A DNA stretch of 64,000 bases, taken from NCBI RefSeq assembly GCF_009914755.1, contig NC_060938.1. One strand, 5' to 3'. Positions 53,150 through 64,000 of the stretch are shown piece after piece; position 1 is the first letter of the stretch, and the number at the start of each line of letters is the position of its first letter. Position numbers and translations under genes: made by a program. The notes under the pieces were generated by a model, which did no database searches, was not told the origin of the DNA, and saw nothing but the letters and a program-made list of their open reading frames with translations. This stretch comes from the human T2T-CHM13v2.0 reference genome, Homo sapiens.

Positions 53150-55337
53150 TACAATTTTAACTCTTATTAACCCCAATTTTAAGTAGAAAACTTAGGAAGT
53201 AATTTCAACTATTTTGTAATAATATTTGTAGATGAAAAACACTTTATAATTTTTGAAACATACGTTTCTTTAATGTTTTATTAACAAATCTAAATATATT
53301 TACCTTTTGTATACTATATGGAAATAAGATGTCAAAGTATATAAACTTAAATTTATGATTAGTAATTAATATTTAATTATGTTAACTTACTTTTAAATGA
53401 TTCAGACATTTTATGGTTATCTATTACTTAGCAAAACAGGATTTTAAGTTACTGAAAAGAATTTTGAAGCTATAAAGCAGGTACCCTTCCTAAAGTCTTC
53501 CCAAGTTCTATGGGGTCCCAAGTAGCCATGTGGCACCCATGGATGGCTATCGAGAGTGGGGCCCATCTGGATCTTGCATTACATACCAGGTATGAGCTCA
53601 GGACAAAGGACAGAGTTGTGAAGATGATGTCTGAAGGACCTAACCCCTCCCAGCCTGGCTAGGAGGCAAAGGTGTGCCATAGAAGATGGGGCCATACTGG
53701 GCTTGACTCTGCCTTGTAGCTGGTGGTCCAGGTGCTGAGAACATGTCCTTAGGCCTTACCATGGCCACGTGTTCAGACCTCAGAATCTAGAGGCTCAAAA
53801 ACCAAAGATAAGCTTACAATCAGATGTGCACAAGGCTTCAGAGAAGCCTAGCAGCCATCCCTTAAAGCTTTAGCACACAGACAAATCCAGCACATATTAA
53901 AAGTACTACAGAAGCAATAAGCAATAGTGTTATGACCTTAATACATCTGGTAGAAACAGCCTAAACCTGTCTGGTGAGCAGTACAAGCGAAAATGTCTGA
54001 ATTATGTTTAACACTGACAGTTCTGAGGATATTCCAACTTTATGTTTCCAACAATTTTAAACTAACTTTATTTAACAAAGCTTTATCCAAGGCATGTGAA
54101 CTAAAAGACATTTATGTTTGTTTCTATTTTTCTGATAAAATATTTTATCTAAGCACTTATACTTTTCTTTAAGCCAATTAATTAGAGCTCTTATATTTTG
54201 GTAGTGAAATAGCACATAACATAACACATATAAACATGCAGACACAGTCAGAAGTGGATCTTATAGATTTTTAATATTCTTCATTTGCCACTTTTCAAAT
54301 AGTTTTGTTCCCCCTTTTAGACTGTCAAGCTCTACATGATTATTACCTAGCAAGCAGAAATGTTTTATTTCCCAAGACATGACTTCTTAGGTGAATATTT
54401 ACATATCAAAGGCACAGGATTTAGATCTAAACACCATTATTCCTTGAAATAAAAAAGGGGTAAGTAAAGGTCCAGTCAAGACAAGATTATCAGGAAAGTA
54501 TCTTAAACAAAGGGAAGATTTGTAAGCCAGTATCTTTCTTTTCCTAACAGTTTCTAGTGACTTAGATACTGGAAGGGAGATACACTTAAACATGAAGATT
54601 TCTTCTATAGATGTGAATTTCTCTTACAAAGCATGTTAGAATAGCCATAAAAATTCCAGAAAGTATTTTACAGACCAATCTAGTTAGATAGGTGGCCTTT
54701 TTAACAAAGCTTGTTTCTTGATTAGATTATTGACTTTAATAAGACAAAAGGCATATTTTCTATGCCTGGACTTAGTATGGATAGCTCTGAAAAAGAAGCA
54801 AGCCTATTATACCTAATTTCTGTCTGACCGTATTTTCTGGGATCTGTTTCTCAGCTGAGCGCCTACACATAAAAGCCCAAAGGCTTCATATGCTCCAAAG
54901 ATGAAAAAACAAAACAAACAAAACAAAACAAAAAAGAAAATATCAACGTCTGTCCATGGAAGGAAAAACGACCCGTAACAAATGGGTACCCCAATTAGTT
55001 CCATGACCAGGAATCCAACCTGGGCTACAGCCATAAAGGCACAGAATCTTAGTGACTAGACCATAGGGTGGAACAATTTTTGTAAGTCTTACAGGGGTTT
55101 CAAAGCAAGAAGTTTGAGCATACAAAGGATTTTAACTTTTAGGGCAGATTTACTCTTTAGTTTTGTCAAGAAAATTTCTAAGTCTAGCCATAACACTATT
55201 ATGTGTCCCTTTTAAAAACTTTAATATTTTTATAAATGTGTATAAGGCAATTCTTTAGAATAAGAACTCTCAATTTTTTTTTAATTATGAGTCTAATTTA
55301 AAGTATCTATCTTGTGGCTATTAATAATTAGAATTTC
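53150..55337 (-). mobile_element. ERV1 (MER4-group) internal sequence, non-coding and decayed
   Basis: Motifs such as cttttctttaagccaattaattagagctctt and ctgaaaaagaagcaagcctattatacct recalled from MER4-group internals; embedded tRNA-Glu-like piece. Confidence 0.65.
54999..55070 (-). pseudogene. tRNA-Glu-derived pseudogene inside the ERV internal region
   Basis: Minus strand tggtctagtcactaagattctgtgcctttatggctgtagcccaggttggattcctggtcatggaa aligns without gaps to human tRNA-Glu (TGGTCTAGTGGCTAGGATTCGGCGCTTTCACCGCCGCGGCCCGGGTTCGATTCCCGGCCAGGGAA), with many differences at CpGs. Confidence 0.8.
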
Positions 55338-55787
55338 CATCAATGAAGAGTCAAACGCTGTGAAATATTCGAAGAGATTTATTCTAAACTAAATATGAGT
55401 GACCATGGCCTGTGACACAGACCACAGCAGGCCCTGAGAACATGTGCCCTAGGTGGTCGGGGCGCAAGTTAGTTTTATACATTTTAGAGAGGCATGATTC
55501 ATCAATCAAATACATTTAAGAAATACATTGGCTTGGTCTGGAAAGGTGGGACAACTCAAAACTGGGGGGCTTCCAGGCTATAGGTGAATTTAAACATTTT
55601 CTGGTTGACAATTGGTTGAGTTTGTCTAAAGACCTGGGATTGATAGAAAGGGAATGTTCACGTTAAGATAAAGACTGTGAAGACCAAAGTTCTTCTGAAG
55701 TTTTACAGCGGCTACCCTTAGAGACAATAGATGACAAATGTTTCCTATTCAGATCTTAGTTAATCCCTTTAGGATCTGGAGGGTCTG
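55338..55787 (-). mobile_element. MER4-family ERV1 LTR, truncated by the adjacent L1
   Basis: gaagagtcaaacgctgtgaaatattcgaagagatttattct...ccctgagaacatgtgccc...ggaaaggtgggacaactcaaa. Confidence 0.85.
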
Positions 55788-57575
55788 CAAACAAGGATAA
55801 TTTGACTTCTTTCATTCCAGTTGGACACCCTTTACTTCTTTCTCTTGTCTGATTGCTCTAGCTCGGAATTCCAGTAGTGTGTTGAAAAACGCTGATGAAA
55901 GCGGACATCTCTGTTTGTTCTGAGACACCTAAAGCTGGGAGTGGAGTGATACAAGCATCCCTGTCACCACCACTACCAATACAACTGACATGAAGCTGGC
56001 ACAGCACTAGGTCTCACCCAGAGCCTGCTGTAACTACTCCCTGGCTACTGCTTAAGTTTACTCAAGGCCCTGGGGGTCTGCAATTGGCAAGTGGCAAAGC
56101 CAACCAGGACAGCCCCGCGTAGGTTCAGAGGTGCCATCAAGGAGTCAGAGACAGAATCAAAAACCTTAGAAATCTACCTGGTGTTCTTTTGTGCTGTGGC
56201 TGAGCTGGCACTCAAACCACAAGATGCACTCCTGCCCACCATTTCCTCTCCTTTCCAAAGGCAGGAGAGCCTCACCTTATAGCTACTGCTCCCACAGGCC
56301 CACAGGGAGTGCTGCCAAACTACCACCAATATTCCCTTAAGGCCTAAGGGCTCTTAAGTCAGCTTGTGATGAATTCTGCCTGACCTAGGACTCACCTTTC
56401 AGGACAATGGGCTCCTGTCTTCCCCATCGCAGATCCAGAAATGCCATCCAAGGGTCAAGTTCTGGAATTGGCGATCCCACAGGCCCACTTGGTGCTCTAT
56501 CCCCCTGTGGCCGTGCTGTTACCTAAGGTGCAAGACAAAGTCCCCTTTACTTTTCCCTCTGTTTTTCTCAGGCAGAACGGATCTTGCCCCATAGCCGCCA
56601 CAGCTGGTAATATGCTGATTCTCACCTAAAGCCAGCTAGTTTCAGGGGCTCACCCAAGGCCTGTACTGTAGTACCTGGGTATCACTGCTGGTTATTCAGG
56701 GCCCAAGGTGACCAATGCCCCTGGACTGCATCCTTCTCTTCAAGGCAGTGGGTTCCCTTCTGGTTGTGGGTGTGTTTAGAAATGTCATCTGAGAGCTAGG
56801 GCCTGGAATGGTGCCCTTGCGACTCTGATTGATGCCCTGTCCAGCTGTGGCTTAGCTGGTATCCAAGATGCAATACAAAGTCCTCCTCACTCTTCTCTCT
56901 CCTCTTCTCAAGCAGAAGGAAGGAGTTTCTTTTTGAGCTGTGAGCTGTGCAGCTTTTGGTTAGGGGAGGGGTGATGCCAGTACTCCCTTAGCAGCTCCAG
57001 CAGGTATCTCAAAATGTCATGTACCCCCTAGTCCACTGTCTCAGCCCAGTTCAGCACTAGGACTTAGCTAAGAGTTGCAGTCCTTATGGTCTAAACTGCC
57101 TTTCAAGTTCATAGAGACCAAGGGCACTTTGGCCTTCAGTGGTGAAGTTTGCAGGAACTCAAGTTCCAACTGCTGGGATTGGCGATTCCGCTCTGGCTAA
57201 TGCTGGTTTAAATGCTCCTTCCGTGGGTGGGCATCAGCTGAGTTTTGTCTTGTTTCCTTCCTGTTCTAACAGGACAGCATTGAGTTCAATGCTTCACAAT
57301 TGCTGTGCTCTCCCTCCCCCAGCACCTGGAAACACTCTGCATCACACTGCCACTGCTTGGGGGTGGAGGAGGAGTGGCGTCAGCTATTCGAGGCTGTTTT
57401 CTACCTCTTCAGTGCCTCTTTCAGTGATACAAACTTAAAATCTGGTACTATGAGGGCTCATCTGATTTTTAGTTCTTATGAAGCTGTTTCATCTGTGTAG
57501 ATACTTGTTAACTTGGTGTCCTTGACGGAATGATGATTGGTGGAGCCTTTTATTCCACTATCTTGCTTAGCCTCC
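55786..57575 (-). mobile_element. L1MA/L1M1 5' UTR (about 55920-57575) joined to a short ORF2 piece (55786-55920)
   Basis: GC-richer 5' UTR ending tggagccttttattccactatcttgc; ORF2 piece tctgcaaacaaggataatttgacttc. Confidence 0.8.
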
Positions 57576-57579
57576 ATTA

Positions 57580-58650
57580 CTCTCCTTTAACTTTTGAGCC
57601 ACAGAGAGTTCATCTTGTTTGTTATTGGGAACATAATGTCTAAATTTGGTTGTGATGCTTGATCTGTTATTTCAGGCTGTATTTTCTTGGCTTTCAGCAC
57701 ACTTTGTGATATTTTGTTAGATGCCAGACATGATATATCAGGTAATAGGAACTTCGGTAAATAGGCATTTAGTGTAATGATTTATTTTAAACTGGCTAGG
57801 AGTTAACCTGAGTTTAATATTTGCTGTAGCAGTAGGTGCCAACTGCTTCAAATTCCTCTAGTGTTCTTGTTTTTGCCCCCTACTGCCCTGTTGATTTGGG
57901 AATTCTCTAAAAACTCCTCCACAGACAGATTGCATCCTGCAGCTGTTTTGGTTACAATCTGTTGTGATTTTACTGAACCTATATTGATGTAAAGGGTGTG
58001 GCGGAGAATTTAATGAACCTATAATTATAATCAGTATTTAGTGAGACGGTTTCTCTGAATCGTAACCTTCCCAATGTTTCTCACCTTCCCCACTCATCCT
58101 TTAGGTAAGGGAGGAAGTCTATTGAGGGGCTGATATGGGAGAAATGCCCTCCCTCTAGCTGGCAGTAAGGCTCAAGTAAGTTTGACCTTCATGTGGTGAA
58201 TAGTTCCTTTGTTATGAAGAATGTTTTGGGGAATATTGTACAATGGTTACTCTTCCTGGTCTCCTTCCAGAGCCACACATGGATATCTTTTGGTGCTTAA
58301 CCATGAGAGCCTTGTGGAGTTCCTGGAATGTGGGATCCTGGAGTGTTGGACCTCTAAGAATGTAGCCCCTAGGAATTTCCCACTCTCATTCTAGTCTAAA
58401 CTCAGACTCCGGGAATTCATCAATAATAGCATTTAAATGTTCTGCAAATTTGTAGCTTCAGCAGCTTCTCTTCTAGGTAAGCTCATCTGTGACTCTCTTA
58501 ATTTACCTGTCTCTCGAGATTTCAGGATGGAATTTGCTTTATCAATTTTCAGATGGGTCCAAATGTTGATTTTCATGTTGTTTTGATTTTCTTGTTGTAA
58601 GGATGGAAGTAATGGCTTCCAGGGTCTTTACATGTTGATTTGCAATCAGA
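57580..58650 (-). mobile_element. L1MC/MD-type 5' region fragment
   Basis: atgccagacatgatatatcaggtaataggaact...ctggctaggagtta...atggcttccagggtctttacatgtt; homologous to 28100-29335. Confidence 0.6.
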
Positions 58651-59559
58651 AGTTGATTGAATCTATTCTGATTTAATCATGGATTGAATCTACTAAGGTC
58701 ATAAAATTTTTAGATATTTGTGATAAATATAATGATTTATTTCATCTTTTCTAAACTCTTTAGAATTTCAAAAATGATACATGCTAATTTTAAAAGGGTA
58801 ATACAGAAATATTTAGAACAAAATAGTGAAAATTGCTTTTACCCTCAATCCAATATCCTATGACTTTAAATAGAATTAAATATTTCAGCATTCTAATTTT
58901 TTTCTTATTATTTATACATCTTTTAGAATTCCAAAGCATAGCTATAAATAATCATGCTTATGTAAGACCTTATTACTCAGGTTAAGTAACTTGAAAGGAT
59001 TGAAACTCTAACATAATTTATGAAAATTTGGTCAATTTTTTAGTAAACAGTAAAAAATAGTAAAACAATTTTTTAATTAAAACATTTTAATTAAAATTAA
59101 AATGATGCACTTCTATAATTCGTCTCCACATACTTCAAAACTATAATTGTGACTGCATACACATCACAGGTTATTCACACAATTAAAATAGATTGCATAA
59201 GTATTTCTTTTCACAGATCTTATGTATATTTTAAATTATTTCAAATCAAAACTGTTTTACCTGCAGTTGTTTTAAACTTATCTCTAATTTTGACAGATTA
59301 TGACTAAACTTTACTTTTTTCAGTGACTTCTTATTACTTTCTAGGTTAAATCTAATTTTTGCTTAGCTTTTAATAGCTATAATGCTTCAGAGATGCACTC
59401 TCTTTTTTCTTCTTGACACAAATTAATTTTTTTCTTCTGACACATGTGGTTTATACTATTAATACTAATTAGATATATAAAACAACTAACTATAACATAA
59501 TATGAAATGCTCTGATATATATATATTCTGCTCAAGTAGCCCTGTAGGCAACTAAACTA

Positions 59560-60045
59560 GCCTGAGTTTGAGTGGGTTGACAACTTCCTACAGAGAATGA
59601 CATTTTAGTTAAATTTAGAGTAAGTACAAGAAAGTCAATTGAACAAGAGGACTATTGGGCAAACTAAGTGGATAAAATAGTTCCAGAAATTCCTCATAGT
59701 TTAGTTAAGCTTGGGAGATTCAACAAATAGTAATTTGTTAGGTATAATTAAGCATGGTATGTGGGTCTAGACACTGCCATGGATGAAGATAGAAAAGTAG
59801 ACCAGGTTCAGATAAATTGAGCCTTAGGTGTTGCACATAAGAGTTTGACATTTCCCTTAAGGATGTCACTGATTTTAGAGAGTTGTGGCATGCTCATTTT
59901 TGTGTTTTAAAAATACAACAAGAAGAATGGAATGGAGAAGGGAAACACTGGAAGCAGCAAGATCAGAGGCTACTGTAATATCTAGATGAGAATCAACAGG
60001 GGCATGAGCACGGCATTTGGATAAGTGAAACACATAATTTGGTGA
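59560..60045. mobile_element. L2 relic (continues about 61400-61500)
   Basis: gagtttgacattt...tttgtgttttaaaaa...ctggaagcagcaagatcagaggctactgtaatatctagatgaga. Confidence 0.55.
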
Positions 60046-60221
60046 CTTTGCAGATCTGACTGGAACCTGCCCAAATCCTCTGAGATCTCTTTCATTGATT
60101 TAATATCCCCATCTCCTAACTTTTGCTTGTATTGCTGTTAACGGCTCCCACCTGGAAACTCCTCCAGAGTACTGTCTTTGTATGAATGGATCAACCCTGC
60201 GGTTTATATCACCCCACAATC

Positions 60222-60739
60222 TGAGGTAGGAGATCATCCGGACTTGTTTTCCAAGCACTCATCGTGACACTGGTCATGACCCTACTAATCAGATTAGAAT
60301 CTGGTCAAAACAGGGTGCAGTAAAGAAGCCAGTCAAAATCAGTCGATGGCAATAAAAACAATCTCTAGTTGCCTTCACTGCCCATTAACATAAAGCCACT
60401 CCACTGGTGCCATGACAAATGCACCATGGCAATGCATGATGACAATAGCCCAAAAATTACCTTATAAAAGTTCCCCACCTTTTTTTTCAGAAAGTTCTAA
60501 GTAATCTGCCTCTTAATTAAAAGTGGGTATAAAAACAGCTGCCAACAGCCCATACACTGCTACTCTGGGCATACTGACTAAGGGTTAGTCCTGCTCCACC
60601 AAAAGTAGTACCTCTGCTGCTGCTGTACACTTCAATAAAAGTTGCTAATACCTTCAGCTCACCCTTGAATTCTTTCGTGGGCAAAGCCAAGCACCCTGTC
60701 AGGCTAAGCCCCAATTTGGATGCTTGCCTGCCCCTATCA
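60222..60739 (+). mobile_element. ERV1 solo LTR (MER51/MER66 group)
   Basis: tgaggtaggagatc...cctatca TG..CA ends, TATA (gggtataaaa) and AATAAA present, 4-bp TSD aatc/aatt. Confidence 0.85.
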
Positions 60740-60916
60740 AATTTACTAACATGAATAGCCAATGTGATGTTATTTGGTTGGGTGTGGTGAGAAAACTGGC
60801 ACAAAAGCCTATCTCTCTAGCCTCGGCAGGACTAATTCTGTGGTGCACATTATATTTCCTTCTGTGTCAACTAAGACTAGACTTCAGCTAAAACTATATT
60901 GTTGTTTGGGTTTACC

Positions 60917-61300
60917 TGTTATGGACTTAAGTGTGCATCTACCAAATCTCCAGGTTGAAATCCTAACCCCCAAGGTATTTGGAGATGTGGTCTTTAGGGA
61001 GGTAACTAAATTAAATGTGGTCATAAGGGTGAATGCTAATCTAACAAGACTTGTATCCTTATAAGAAGAAGAAGAGATGCCAGAGATCTGTCCCTCTGCA
61101 AGCATATGGAGGAAAAGATGGGATAATAAACCAAGAAGTGAGCTGTCTGCAAGTCAAGAAGAAAGCCCTCACCAGGAATGGAATTGTTCAGTACTTTGGT
61201 CGTGGATGTTTAGCTTCCATATCTGTGAGAAGGCAAATATCTGTTGTTTAAGCCACTCAGTCTGTGGTATTTTGTTATGACAGTTTGAGCAGACTAATAA
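60917..61300 (+). mobile_element. MLT1A-like solo LTR
   Basis: tgttatggactt...gttgaaatcctaacccccaa...tctgttgtttaagccactcagtctgtggtattttgttatgacag...gactaata. Confidence 0.9.
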
Positions 61301-61971
61301 ATCCCCTTCTTTATCTATTATTCTCTTTCTTATAAGCTTCTCTTGCTAGAATACCCTTAATGCATCACTTACATAAGAATACCCATCTTAGGTTCTGGGT
61401 CTAGAAGTACTGAATTTAAAGAGTGATTTATTGGAATATTAGATTAAAGAAAAAAGTGTGGGGATATCTCCAGAATTGGGGCTGTGATACTGAAAGCAGA
61501 TAATAGAGAAAACATGGGATTTGATTCTTTCTGTCACTAACTAAGGGTGGTAATTTATTTGTCAGATCATCTACTTTAATGAGACTGAATTTCTCCATTT
61601 TTAAATTGGATTACTATGACTTTAAACCAGTACACGTTCTGCTTCCTCCACAAAATTATACACATCTTAAGTTTATACATGGCATTCAACCTATTTTTTT
61701 GTTGAAATTCTTCTTCTTTTGAAGGTTGTGACTGATCAGTTGTGTTTTTCACTTATTAATCTCATAAAAAACAGTACTTAGAGCCCAAAGGAATATCTCA
61801 TACCTTATGTATGGCTCAATGTCCCTTTTACAAATGGAGTAAAAAAAACCTAGAATATTTATTACATTACCTATATAGATATATCTCTGTAGCTATTCTA
61901 ATTCTTTCAATTAACGACAGTCATTTGGAGAAAAAGTAGCTGTCTTAATCAACTATGACATGCAAGATATA

Positions 61972-62285
61972 CAGTAGTCCTCCCTTACCTGAAGCTTTTT
62001 TTCTGCCATTTTAGTTACCTATGGTAGAGTAAAATAAAATATTAGAGAGAGACCACATTCACATAACTTCTATTTCACTACGTTGTTATAATTATTCTAT
62101 TTTGTTATTATTGTCATTAGTCTCTTACTGTGACTAATTTATAAATTAAGCTTTATAATAGGTATGTATGTATGTATAAGGAAAAAAACATAGTATACAC
62201 TATATAGGGTTTGGTACAATCTGTAGTTTTAGGCATCCACCAGAGGTCTTAAAACATATCCTTTACAGATAAAGGGGAATTACTG
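61972..62285 (+). mobile_element. MER44A-like (Tigger7) MITE
   Basis: Terminal inverted repeats cagtagtcctcccttac ... gataaaggggaattactg, flanked by TA on both sides. Confidence 0.9.
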
Positions 62286-64000
62286 TAGTTGTTAAACAAA
62301 ACAAAACAAACAAAAAACCTTGACCATAGTTAAAGTTACACAGTTAATTATTGATTCAATTCAAACATTTAACATGTTAGCTTTTCTCTTCTAATTATGG
62401 CAGGTTCTGTGTCTGCGAAGAGCTTAGAATACACAGCCATGGCAATCAAAGTAATCTGATCTTGGCAATGCTTAGAAGAGTCTGGAAATAAGCTTACAAA
62501 GATGTGAAAAAGTCATTTTGGCATAATACAGGCAGGAAGCACTGTGATGGATAACGAAAATGAGAGTAGACTGATGTGAAACCTTTTATTGAGAATTGAC
62601 GTGTGCTGGCTGTATTCATGAGCAGAACATGAGTTGCTTGAAAGTCTTCAGAATTTGGCAAGCTTATGCAGAGGGGTAAACATGAAATTTTAATTAGGAG
62701 GACACTACAGCTTGGAATGTGAAAATGCTAATGATGAGATTGTTCAGTAATAGTTATGAAACTATTCCAAAATGCAGACATTTGTTTGAGAGTTACATTA
62801 TAATTCATAAAATGTGCAGGCAAAATAAGAAATGAAGGAATCCTGCAAGACTTTCTTTTTATTTTTTGGCACACTCTGGGCATTGTAATCTTAACTTGGT
62901 GAGAGGTTTATAGATATTCAGTTCCAACTTCTGTTGTTTTGGATGGAGAAAAATACAGCAAGGGATTTATTATGATAAAGCCATAATTTGATTTAAATAA
63001 ATCAAGTTTCTACAATGAGAATATATAATTAACATATTTATATATGTAAAACACTAATGGGTTCATGTCTGATTCCAATTCTAAGTAAGGGATTTGTAAT
63101 AATCCTGAGCTACAGAGGTGGTGCAGGTAAGGTGGAGATTAGCTACTGCAAATTCAACCTGAATTATCTCTTGATTTTCCCAGGACCTTTTAGGGCTGAG
63201 ATGGCTGGCTGGGCTAGTGCTTGTTGTAGTACATTAACTGACCTTTATTAGGAAGACTATCTTTGATTAGGCACTTGCTCAAAGTGCACTGTGGAGTTAC
63301 ATTTCTTTTCTTGTTGATGACAGCCAAGAAATGACTACTTCAAATTGCAGCTTTAATCTGAGAGCATTGTTTCTGCTCATTTTTCACTAAAAATCTCCCA
63401 TTTTCTTCTTATATGGCTCGCTTTGCACCCCTTCAGTGTCAAAGAGAGAGTGCTGAAAGCTCTTGTGATGAGAACTTCTTACTTGAGCATCTGATTGGCG
63501 AGTGAACCCACATTTGGCCATTACTTAAAATATTATTTTTAATATCATTAAATATTCTCCTACAAGGGTTGCTATGGAGTGGTTCAGAAATTTAACTAGT
63601 TGATTCATGACCAAGATTGTGAGGGTTACATATACAAGCATATTTATCATGGTAAGAACCAGCAAAAAGACCACGAATGGAGCCAAAGTATTTTTCATTA
63701 ATCAGTATTTGTAAAATGCAGTAGTCATTTTGTGATATACACAATGTAAGACAAAATTTTGCATGTCACTTTCTAGAAGGTCAATACATTGTTGGCAGTT
63801 GAAGTTGTAACAAAAAAATAGACATTTAGTAAAGCATGAATTTTGATGCCTTTCTGAAAGGAAATTAACAAGTTATATTCTTATATTTATGTGTGTAGAC
63901 TAGCTACGTCTTTAAGGAAAACCTCTTCCCCTTGTATGCACTTGTACCTTGTTATAAGAAGTTTTAGAGTTATTTGTAACGCCTTTACAAATTAAGCAAG

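Larger units (their letters stand above)
60048..61402 (+). mobile_element. LTR16-like ERVL LTR, host of two nested LTRs
   Basis: 3' end catcacttacataagaatacccatcttaggttctgggtctagaag resembles the LTR16 terminus; pieces about 60048-60221, 60740-60916, 61301-61402. Confidence 0.5.

Noticed and set aside
54999-55070. Functional tRNA gene
   Set aside because: Broken stems, mutated anticodon and B-box, located within ERV sequence.
56200-56900. Repeated caag(a/g)tgca..aaagtcc blocks
   Set aside because: Consistent with the internally repetitive L1MA/L1M1 5' UTR rather than a local event.
62380-62800. Plus-strand acceptor at 62403 in unique sequence
   Set aside because: No convincing paired donor or ORF; insufficient to call an exon.

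Overview
Primate (very probably human) AT-rich, CpG-poor, repeat-dense genomic DNA, either intergenic or deep intronic. I find no credible protein-coding exon: the listed ORFs fall in Alu, L1, LTR or low-complexity sequence, or are short chance ORFs. I could not identify the locus. A large part of the window is interspersed repeat: 16 Alu/FLAM copies, L1PA/L1MA/L1MC/L1ME fragments, MaLR LTRs (THE1, MST, MLT1), ERV1 LTR/internal pieces, Tigger/MADE1 DNA elements and MIR/L2 relics, often nested with readable target-site duplications (TSDs). Subfamily names are from recalled consensus motifs, not a RepeatMasker run. I see no new multi-gene system. The best leads are a pre-miRNA-like hairpin at about 52.65 kb, two well-formed minus-strand non-coding exon candidates, a recent 122-bp x3 tandem array, and a recurring set of template-switch scars (fold-backs, inverted micro-triplications, templated fillers), the most complex at 6.4-6.7 kb.
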